Assembly (NCBI GenBank): GCA_964019335.1
Contig: OZ025714.1
Location: 310,001-374,000 of the forward strand
DNA: 64,000 bases
Direction: 5' to 3'
Origin: Diplonema japonicum
Lineage: Eukaryota > Protista > Euglenozoa: Diplonemea
The notes under the pieces were generated by a model. It did no database searches, was not told the origin of the DNA, and saw nothing but the letters and a program-made list of their open reading frames with translations. Position 1 is the stretch's first letter, and each line of letters starts with the position of its first letter. The translations under genes were made by a program, and so were the position numbers. Shown here in pieces: positions 45,105-56,100 of the stretch.

Positions 45105-45818
45105 ACAATTTTTAAAAAAAAAGATTTTTTTTTTAAATGAGGGATTGGTGGAAGGAGGAAAGAAAAAAAAAAAGTACCTCTCCCCTCCCTTTTACCCCCC
45201 CTTTTTTTTTTGGTTTGTTAGATTTGGAAAAAAGAAAAAAAATGCAAAATACTGTAAAAAAAAAGGGGGGGGATATGCCCATGTACTGTTCTTTTTTTTT
45301 TTGGCCCATTTAAGCTCTCTGGGAACAGTTTGTACTTTGGTAGAGAGGGCTTATCTAGAAAATAATTCACTATGATAGGAACGAAGTGGTTAGCAACGGC
45401 CCGCCAAATAATTACCGGAATGGAGAAAGAGAAATGTCCGGAACCTTCAGGAGTCCAGAAGCCCCCTCAATTCTCGAGACTTTCTGGGATCTTTTTTTTT
45501 TTTTTGCTTTACAGTAAAATAAAATCGGGTAAGACCAGGAAGGGGGGGGGGGCGCAAAAATAAGAAATGAGTAAAATCTTTTTAAAAAGGTTAAAGAAAA
45601 GAAAATGGGGTAGCAAGATGTGGCTTTTCTTCTTCTTTCTTGATTTAGGCTGAATTAAAACAACAAAAAAGAGAATGCTGTAAAAACAAAACAAAAAAAA
45701 TCAGGGGTATTCTTTTCTAGAAACCTTTTTAAAGGGGGGGTCCGCCTATCCCAATGATATAACCTGTTTTCTTCATTGAGTTGGGCTTTGGGCAATTTTT
45801 TTTTTCTTCCCTTTCTGG

Positions 45819-45862
<44 letters not shown>

Positions 45863-45964
45863 TTAGGTCTTTCCTTCGCTTTTTAACACTTTCGTTCATT
45901 TTCTTTTTTCAAAAAACAAATTTAAAAAATAAGTAAAATACCCCCCCTTTTTTTCCCGTTCCCC

Positions 45965-46086
45965 TCACTTCTCTTCCTCATCTTGTTTTTCCCCATCTTC
46001 ATTCACCAAATTATTTATTTGTACATCCGCAAACTCATGGGGGAACTCACCATCATCTTCACTAGGGGCCATCAACGCTTGCAGCG

Positions 46087-46119
<33 letters not shown>

Positions 46120-47415
46120 CCCGTAAATTTGAAAAAGCACAAACCTGCGCGAGAACCTGCATTTCCTCGTCCTTCACAAATTCTTTGATCTCGTTGTTGG
46201 TGATGAAGGGGAAGACGAACCCGTTTAGAAATTCTAGTGTTTCAGGGTCTCCTCCAACACTCCACAACGCCTGCCCGGTCAACCCCACGATCCCCTTTTC
46301 GGCCAGAAACTTCATCGAAACCCTACCGGTATTGAGCAGCGCCAACAGCAACTGGTACCCGTTAACAATTGCCTCATGATCGGAAGCATTCTCTGCCACC
46401 AAACGGAAAACTGCATCGGCGAACTGAACATGGTCCTCATCGGTGTCGAGATCTGTTGCAGACAGACCACCCAAGAAATTCAACGCGTGGAGATACGCAC
46501 CTGCGGCATCGATAGGCGTGGAGATAGGCGTTTGCATTTCCATCTCACCGATGCTTGAGAAGTTTGAGATAACGGTACTTAAAGCAGTACCAAAGCCTGC
46601 TTCCGTCAGTGCTTTTGCGTGTTGCGGGTCGGTATGGCATATAATCACCACCAAATCAGCCGGAAATCTCGGACCCCCCACTAAACATTGTAGAATGTTT
46701 GGTAGGATTAAACCCTTGTCTGACATAATCGCGTCGACTACCGGGTTGCGGGGTGCTGAAGGAGCCCACAGCCCGCCAAATGTTGACATCCAAGATAGTT
46801 TAGCTTGCTCAGCCCGTTTTTCCGTTACCAGGTAGCTGTGAAAACCCGCAGCTTGTGTTAACAAACAGCATGATAACAGCTTGTCGGTGTGAGTTGAATC
46901 TTTGTTTCGTAGAATTGTCATGGGGAGGTTGATGGTTTTGTTGTGGGGTTCTTCTATCAGAAGAGGGATTCCGCCAGCTTTGCACAGCCAGTTGAGGATT
47001 ACTACCGTTTCTAAATCGTCGAGATGGCCAGAGGTGTGCAGGGATGGGACTATTTGCGACAGCCATTCGATATCTGGGGAAATAGCTTCGAGGTCAAAGC
47101 CGTTGTGTGCCGCGATGAACAGCGCTGATAAAAGTCTCGCGCATTCCTCTGAGTTTCCGTCTTCCAGCAGTTTTTTTGCGTTTTCCAGAGTCTCGGCTAC
47201 CGGGATCTCGGGGGCTTTGCTTCGTTCTCCGGACACCCATAGGCCCTGGAAGCCCTTTCGTGCGTTGAGCAGCCCGTTGTGCATTGTTATTAAAAAATTT
47301 GAATCTTCAACTATCTTAGGCGGGTTCAAACCGTACTTTTCCGTGTACGCAAACCCACCAAGACCGATACCAAACCCGATTATCTGCGGTGCGCTACGCT
47401 TCACTATTTTCCACA

Positions 47416-47419
<4 letters not shown>
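45965..47419 (-). CDS. Hypothetical alpha-helical (ARM-like) protein with an N-terminal membrane anchor; intron 46088-46144
   Basis: ATG after a long A-run (MVWKIVKRS...IIGFGIGLGGFAY). A 57-nt in-frame GTTTGT...AAAAG intron removes a poly-Lys stretch. Confidence 0.72.
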
Positions 47420-47457
<38 letters not shown>

Positions 47458-48067
47458 CTTTTCTTTTTTTTTTTTTTTTAACACAAAAAAAAAAAAAAAA
47501 AAAAAAAACCACCCTCTTTTTTATTTTTTTTTCCTTTTTATTTTTCCTACACCCATCCGAACAAGTCACGCAACGCAGTGTGCCTTTTTTTTGTATTTCC
47601 CCCCCCCACATAAATAAAAAAGGTGGGGGGGGGGGGAAATACGGCCCGACTAAATATTGGGACTTGTTTTTTTTGCGGGTTTGTGTAAAAAAAAAAGAGG
47701 AAAAAAAAAGAGGGGCTTAAGTAAAATGAGACAGAAGGACAAAAAAAAATAAAGAAGAAGAAAGAAAAGGGAAAGAAAATAATGGGAGTTTGATCATTTA
47801 AAAAAAAAAAAAAAAAAAAAGAGAGAGAGAGAGAGAGAGAAAGAGAGCGCAAAAGTGCGATCTCTAAGAACTCTTTTTTTTTCTTTTTCTTTTTTTGTGT
47901 CATACTCTTCTCGTTTCAAAAAGAAAGTCAAGGTGAGGATAGATGGCGAGAAACGAGGAAATAATGACATGCAAAATGTGCCCTGGTTAAGCTGCGCTAA
48001 GTCGGGGGTAAAAGGGAAAACGGGGGGAATAAAAATAAAGGAGCAGAGAAAGAGTTTGCTCCTTTAA

Positions 48068-48111
<44 letters not shown>

Positions 48112-48541
48112 AATGCGATGTCGGAAGGAACCAAAGGAGAGAGATAAGTATATCGTCTTAAAAAAAAAAATAATAATAAACTCTTTTTTTTTTTAATTTT
48201 ATTTTTCCCTCTCCCTCTTTTTCCATTGTAATACCCACTTCAAAATAGTTTTATTCATTTTTTCCCCCCTCCTCTTTCTTTTTCTTCTTCTTTTTTTTTT
48301 TCCTTCTTTTTTTCTCCCCTCTCCATTCCACTCCGTTCTAATGCTTCCCAGGACTCTAAACTGCCCGGGGTTGAACGAAAATCCGGAAAGAGGGGCGGAA
48401 AAAAAAAAGAGAAAAAAAAAAATAATAATAAAAAAAAAAAAAGTGGGGAATAAAAAAAAAAAATAAAATAAAAATAAATCAAAAAAAAACACACAGCTAC
48501 AAAGCAACACGATGGATTAAAAAAAAAAAAAAAAAAAAAAA

Positions 48542-49451
48542 TTACACCCCTCGTTCATCAGCTTCATCGAAGGTCTGCCACAAAGGTGTTCCAAGATAAG
48601 GAAAAACGGTCCTGAAGGCTGTGATACGTGAAAAAGCTGAGTAAGAGTGCAATATGTTAAACTCAGGCGAAAGGCGAGGAAGGGGCGCACGATGCCTGGA
48701 GATGAAAGAAGGGAGGGGAGAGGCCAAGGTGGGAACCGTGGACGAATTGTCGATGGTGAGATGGGAGTCGACAAAAGGAGAGATCTCGGCGATGGACCGC
48801 GAGAGCGCTTGATATGACTGTAAAATAACCGACGGCGGCACCGTTCGAGCAAGACGCTGGGCAGCTCTCTCTTGGACAACAGAAAGCGGCGCTTGAACCT
48901 CCAAAACCGCAATTTTATATTTAGGGTAATCTTTTCGAATTCTTTTGATCAACCGCTTTGGATACGTGGGGTCACGTAACGAACCATCCACTACAAGGTC
49001 TCTACCTTGCTTTAACGACTCCAAATGGATCAGTTCGGACACCAAACCTGCTTCCTTCTGTGTCATTGCTACAGCATCGCCCTGCCCCCTCATTTTATAT
49101 TCAGAATACTCCGGGAGTTCTTTTCGAACTGTATCGGGGTCCGCCACTACTGCATTGTGAAGTCTGAGGAGACCTTTTCCGAGTTTTTCCATGGAGTACC
49201 CTTTACCTACACCCATCGCACCGGCGGTGAACACGACCCATTTATCGTCTGTTGAAGGCCTTGGTTCGCCTACCATGTTGCTTACAATTTTATCTTGGAG
49301 GATTTCTCTTTCACGAGGGTACGATCCGTGGTACGTCTTGTCGAGCTCTGTGCGGTGGCCTGCGCTGTTCCCGGCGAGTACTTCGCCGGTTTTTCGTGCC
49401 CAGTTCACCTCTGTGGAAGCTCGGAAGTCGTAGCCTACCGGGATCGCCGCC

Positions 49452-49453
<2 letters not shown>
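48542..49453 (-). CDS. Zeta-toxin-family P-loop kinase
   Basis: VVFTAGAMGVGKG (P-loop), ADPDTVRKELPEY, TQKEAG, VVDGSLRD, RAAQRLARTVP. Confidence 0.8.
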
Positions 49454-49498
<45 letters not shown>

Positions 49499-50174
49499 AC
49501 TTTTTTTTTTTTTTTTTTTTTTTTTTGTCTATCGATGGGGTGGAAATTCTTCGGGCTAGTTCGGGGTAGGTCGGCACGAACTCGGATCCGTTTGTTTGCA
49601 CCAATGGATCGGAGGGAGGACGTCAAGAAGGGCTTCCCGGGGATAGGAGGGGATTGTGCTTTCTTTTCAGCCACCTCTGACAGTTTTTGTCAGCACTCTG
49701 GCTAGCCGGTTTGCTGCATGCGAAGCCAATTGAGCACTTTTTTTTTGGGGGGGGGGAAATACTGAAAAAAAAGAAAGAAAAAAAAAAGGTGCTTAAGGGG
49801 AGGGAAATGGAAAAAAAAGAGTGTTCGGGGAAGAGGGTGGATATGGTGTTAAGGGGGAGGGATAAAAAAAAAAAAGTACTTTTTTTTTTTCCTTTTGCTG
49901 AGTATTGGTGTTTTCTTTTTTTTTTTAAAAAAAATGAGAAGAAAATTCACAATGATGGCGGGGGAGGGGAAGTTTCAGCAAACAAAACCCACCAAGAAAA
50001 AAAAAAGGGAGGGGAAAGGGGGGGGGGGGGAAATCGGAATTTCTCTTTTTTTTGTTATTAACATCGGGAGTAAAAAAAAAAAAAAACTGTAAGAAAAGAA
50101 AACAGAACCCCCCCCCCCCCCCCCCCCTTCCCTTACCCGTTATATTTTCTTCTCAACGAAAAAAAAAAAATTGT

Positions 50175-53100
50175 TTATTCAACAACATCAAGGATCATCC
50201 CGACCCCTGCGATAACCCATTTTCTAGGAGGTGCTTTTGTCTTCAAGAAGAGTCCCGTGACAATGCCCGGTCCGCGTGCTTGGGTTTTGTACAGAGGACA
50301 TTCATATTGATCCTTACGATCAACCTATTTTTAAAAAAAAAAATTTTTTTTTTTCTCGCCACCCCTCACACAACACACCTTCGAAACAGGCAACGATCGG
50401 ACGGTAACAACCGGCAGCCTCGGATAAAGTTCTTTCATGTGGGACTCCTCAACAGAGCCCTGTCCAATATCCCATCGTGCGCCCTCCATGGACATCCCAT
50501 AGACATGGGAACCATCTTTGGCAGCGTACTCAACAGCATCAGGCATTTTCTTAAGTACATCAGACACTAAGGACATTTGATCGAGGTCAAAAGAGTTTCT
50601 GATAGCGGTGTCCTGCATGATTGCAGTAAGGAACGACATAGGGTTGAAGAAGTAAGAGAGAACGGTGACCTTCGGTGTTGCCAGCTCGCCTGTCCATTCT
50701 GCCAGCTGTCCGTTTCGTTCCTGCATGTTGAAGAACCACGATCCCAGCGGTCGTAGCGACATGAATGACACCTTTGCCCAGTTGTCGGGTACTTTGTCAG
50801 CGAACATCTGTTCGAAGAGATCTTGCATGGATGCCGACATCGATAAGGCACCTTTCAGCCCGAGGTCCAGTTCCGACAGTGTAGTATGAACTCGCATTCT
50901 TAGGTTGTTCGTCATCTCGCACTCTTGGTAAAAAACGTGTGCTTGCGGCGATCGATCTTCGTCGAGCCTCTCCGAGATGTCCACCAGGTTGTGAGTCTCC
51001 GGAAGCTGCGACATGATCTCTTCAAGCTTCACCTTAACCTCCTCCGCAGGATCCGCACCCGCCCCTCCAGCTTGCTTTGGCTGCAATTCATTAATCGTTT
51101 GGAACAACATGTTCGCCTTTTTTTTATTTATTTAATTTTTTGAAAAAAGAAGGGGGGGGGGGGGGAATTGATACCTGCAAGGTTCTGAACCCGATTTCGG
51201 CGTTTGCGTGAAGGCCGTAGATAAGAGGGGATTCGGCGGGGGTTGTGTTTTCGATCAGCTCCTTCGCCTCTTGGTAGTTGTTGAAGATGGGAAGCACGAA
51301 CCCGGGGCAGAGTTCCAGCTCGTCCGCGATGCCCGCGTGGATGGAGTTTTGGAGGTACGCCATGCACAAGACGCGGTCCCAGTCGTCAGTGATGTGCCCC
51401 CCATACATGATCTCACCGAAGACGTACCGCAGATCGTCCCATGGTACCTTCTGCCTGTCCTCGTAGTTGAAGAAGACCTCTACACATGTCGTTAGGTCGC
51501 CTGCGTTGAAAGGGTATGCTCTGTTCCAACCCTGTGGGCCAAACTTCTTCCTCTCAACCACGACTGCGTGGAAGAAGCACATTGCGAAAACGACGGCTTT
51601 GTACTCTGTTGGTTTTTGGGAGTTTTCCCATGGCTCGTTGACGAAGTGCCCTAGCGCGCGGACCATGTTCGCTTTGATGCCAGATGGAGGCTCGTTCGTC
51701 AGCTTAATACTCCTTTGTAAGATGCCGATCGGGATGGTGGTACTGGGTTCCGCCGATAGGAATACTCTGAACGCTTTGTTTCCTTTTTCTCCTTCCCATT
51801 TCAAATCCTCGTCTTCTTCGTCCTCTTCTTCTTCTTCCTCTTCTGGTTGTTCCTGCACGATTTCTTCTTCTTCTTTTATCTCTTCTTCTTCCTCCTCCGC
51901 AGCCTTTTCTTCCTCTTCTGGTTCTGCGGGGACGGGTTCTGCTGCTTCTGTGGTTTCGTCGATCTTCTCCTCGACTGCGGAGACCTTTCGTCTCGCGAGA
52001 CGTTTTTCCCTCTTCTTCCTCTCGAAGGCATCCATTTTGATGTATACTTCTTCGTAAGCGTCGAGCTTCTTCTCCAGATCCCTGCAGAAGGTGTCCACCA
52101 AGTGGATGTTGTTGAGCATCGCCCACCCACCGTTCTTGAACGACGTCTCCAGCGCGTGGAAGGCACGCGGTTCCTGCCCTTGTCCCAGCGATACGTTGAA
52201 CAGCTTTTTTTTTTTTTTTTTTCTTTCTTTTTTTGAGTTATTTAGCATACCTTCTCTTGTTCTTCTGTGAAGCCGAACTTCTTCCCGAGCGCAACGACGA
52301 ATGCGACTGGGTCAACACCAGGCGACAGGATGAAGAACACCGGCGTCACGGGGCCTGAGTCCTCGTAAGAGATGGCCAGCGGGACAGCCATGTCCTCGAC
52401 GAAGAAGGAACCAATCGAACACGACACGAAATCGGTCAGACCCACAGTGAGCCTGTCAGGACGCAGGGCCCTCAGTACAAGCAGCCTCTGGAAGTCAGTC
52501 AGATTCTGTTGAATTGTAATAAAAACCCTTTTTCTTTTTTGAAAGAAAATACCTTCCAGTCCGTGGGCATCCTGCCTTCCTCTTTGTCTTCAGGCCGTTC
52601 CAACTCGCACCACGCCTTCCATCTGTTACTGTCACACATATCGCGTTCTAGTTGCTCGAAAGGTGGTGATGTGCCCTCCACGTCTTTCAAAGCCTGCACG
52701 GCTTGCCAGTTTGCTTCCGGTAACCATGCTTCAACCGACTCAGGTCGTTCCACACCAGGCTTCTTCGTACCTCGGAGGAGGTAGTTAAGCTGGTTCCGGT
52801 CGATCAAACCGCTTCGCTGCATGATAGAGAAGCAGAGCAGCGCACTGAAGATAAGCTTGTGTCTCTCGAAGAGCCCGCGGGAGGTGAATGCGAAAATGGT
52901 TTCTGTGATGGACGTGATAAGGCAGTTGCAACGGCCTTCAAGATCCTTCGCGTTTTCCGGGTACTTCGCTCGGCCAATGGCCTTGAGGAAGATGACCATG
53001 TACGCTGTGAGGGAGTACTGGTACATGTGGTTGATCTTCGCAAGCTGGTCGATTTGGAAAAAGAGAAGCGAGCCTCTGACCGCGACGGTGGTGTACAGAA

Positions 53101-56100
53101 GACGGGAGTTGCTGATCTCCTTTTGAGTCTGTTTGGCTTCGATCATGCTTTTCGAGATCTCAGCAGCTTTCTTTTTCGTGGATTCCAGGTTTTCAATCAG
53201 GGCGACATTTTCCAAAATGTCCCCTGTGGCCGCTGCGAGAGCCTCGAGAAGGTTCTGCTCACAGTTCTGCAGATCGATGGTCATTTGGTTCATTCTACGA
53301 AGCAGCGTCACACGTGACTCTTCCAAATCGGGTCGTTCCTTGTTGACAACAACAGCAAGCAACTGGTCCTCAAGACCTTCGGGCGTCACCATGAAGTTGA
53401 TCAATGTCGACTGTGCGTTCATCTCTGGCTTGTAGTGCGGGTTGTTCAACCTTGTCTGCAAGAACAACTTGAAGTTTGGGTTGTAGCTCACTTCGGAGTC
53501 CCCAAGCTTTATCATGTACTGGTTCCCCTTCTTGATGATCGCCCTCCCCAGAACAGGCTCCAGGATTGGATCAATAGCTTCACCGAGGTTCTCAATGAGA
53601 CAGGGGAACCCGTCTTCGAGACAGCGGACCACAACGTCGATGTACTTCTTTTGCGTTGGCTGGCAAATTTGCAAACCGTTCTTTTCCTCGCGGGTTTTGA
53701 TCCATTTGATGCCCTGCATCTGAGGGTCGATTAACAGAGGCCATCTTGTGCAGTTGACAACGAGAGCTCCGTTCTCTGTGGACAGCCTGTCGCTCTTCAA
53801 TTCCTCGTTCTGCCATCCTGCTACCTCCGCGTCGGATGTCAGAACGTTCGTAACTATGTCCAGATCCTTCGTGTGGGGGATGTTTCTCTCGATGATGTTT
53901 GGGCGGAGCTCTTGTTCCATAATGTTGTTCCTGAACGGCTTCGAGAAGGGTCCGATGTAACTAACAAACGCTGCACTGAGCAGCACGTCACCGATAAGAA
54001 GCGTGCTCTTCTCGCTGAGCTCTTCGATCGTCTTTGCCCACCTCACCTTCTCGTCAGCAAGCCCACCGACCAGCCTCTCCGCAAGGTTTGCTTTTTCCTG
54101 TGTTTTCTTTGCCTTTGCCTCGATAAGCCTTGTTTCTTCTGAAGCCTCTTCGAACTGTTTCACCAGCCCGGATAGCTTCGCGTTCAGCTCCGCCACCCTG
54201 TCCTGCACCTTCTTCAGATCCGCTTTGGATCGCGACAATTTGTCTTGTGAATCGGCTAGTTTTTCTTCCTTTGGCTTCACCTCGCTTCTGATGGCGTGGT
54301 ACTTGTTCATGTTGACAACCCAACCACACAAACCAGCGGCGGCCTGTGACTTGGTCTTGATGGCATCGGGGTTGAAAGCAGGATCGGTGCAATAGATTTG
54401 GATGGCATCGATGCAGGCTTGTGGGATGTTGTTCGCGTCGAAGGCAAGCAAGTCTTTCATCCACCCGGTGATGTTCGCCATCATCTTCTTTGAATTGCTC
54501 CAGTCACGTGACTTCATTGGGGGGATCTTCTTCGGGTCTGAAATCAGCACCATCACAGACGAGGTCACGAGCTCCACGTCGGCAGGCGGCTTTGCCAACA
54601 CCTTCAACTCTGTCAGATCCTCCTTGCGAAGACTGTTCAGAGCCGCCAAGGCTTCTTCCACAATCGGCTGCGCTGCTTGCAGATCCCTCGCACACTCCGC
54701 AGCCAACGCTTCGGCCTCGACAAACACCTTGTTCGTCTTTTGCTCCTCAACCTCTGCCTTCTCCTGCTCCACGGCCACAATCGCTTTCTCCTTTGCAACG
54801 TGTTCAAGCAGTTTCTGGGTGTACTGTGCCTTCTCTGCGACGACCACTTGTTCTTTCTTCAGCTTCTCCTGCAGATCGGCGACTTGGCCGCTCGCCATTT
54901 TGATCTTCTCGATACCGTTGCCGAGACGTTCCTTGTTGTCGTTCAGCGCGGACCTCTTCTTGTTGAGAAGCACCTTGTACAATGAGATCAGTTCCAGGAA
55001 GGACTTCGGTGTCGTGTAGCAGTAACGCTTCTCCTCAGTGAGGAAGCCTTTGCACTTCTCGGTCACCTTCTCGTGGATGAAGGCCATGTGCTCAGAGATT
55101 GCGTCTGTCGACTCGCCCAGTTCAACCTCCTCCAAGAACCTCTGGGCCACAGACACGAGGGCTTGCTCGGGCCACGGGTGGAACCAGTCAATCACTGTGG
55201 TGTTGGCAAGCGCAGGGAACTGCTTGCACCACGTTGCGAACTGCAGCCCGACAGGAGAGAAGCACAAGATGGTGTGCAAGTTGGCCCTCACCTTGTTGAT
55301 GAAGAACTGCCACAGCACCGACGGGGACAGATCCAAGATACCTTGCGCCTTAGCCTCATTAACCATCGATCCCTGAATGCCCTCCATTTCATCGGGGGGG
55401 AAGAGGTCGGGGATGTTCCCGGAGTTAAGCAAGTCGTTCAAGTAGACAAGCATCTCCCTCTTCACGATCTGCCCGTCTGTGATCACAAAGGCGTAGCACA
55501 TGTTCTTCTGCCCGCACTTGGTGTACAAGACCTGAAGGTCGGTCCTGAAGTCGTTAATGCCGTACGACGCGGTCACAGTGATCTGGAACTTGTCCAAGTT
55601 ACAGATGAACGACGAAAGTCTAGACAGAGATTGTTTCCCGGAACCGCCAACACCCACAAGCATGGCGTTCCCTCGCGGGTTGCTGAGGACACGGCAGATC
55701 CTGCAGATGTGCTGCATGGCCTGCTCGAAGAGCACGAGGTCCATTCTGACATTGGAATCGTTGTACTCAGTGAGCCTCCCGGTGAGATACTTGAAGAGCT
55801 CATCAAAGCTGGCCATGTCCTTCAGTACACCTTCATTGCCCTCCTTGTCTATTCCGAAGGGCGCCCACATGTTTAGTTCCATTCCGCCCGGTGACAGACT
55901 GATGTCGTCTGCCTTGATGTCACCAAACCCAGAACTCACGACACCTGCAAGCAGATCGTCATAGATCTTGACATCGGTATCGTCTGTCATTCTGTCTCTG
56001 AAGGTCCTGTCACACTCGTGAACCCACAGCCTCACGAGTTCGGTGGGTTTGTCATGTTCTTTCTGCACAGAGTTGCACAGTCCCTGGAAGATGTTGAACA

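Noticed and set aside
48542-49453. Bacterial epsilon-zeta toxin-antitoxin operon or contamination
   Set aside because: There is no antitoxin ORF, and the gene is embedded among intron-containing eukaryotic genes with the same spacer style.
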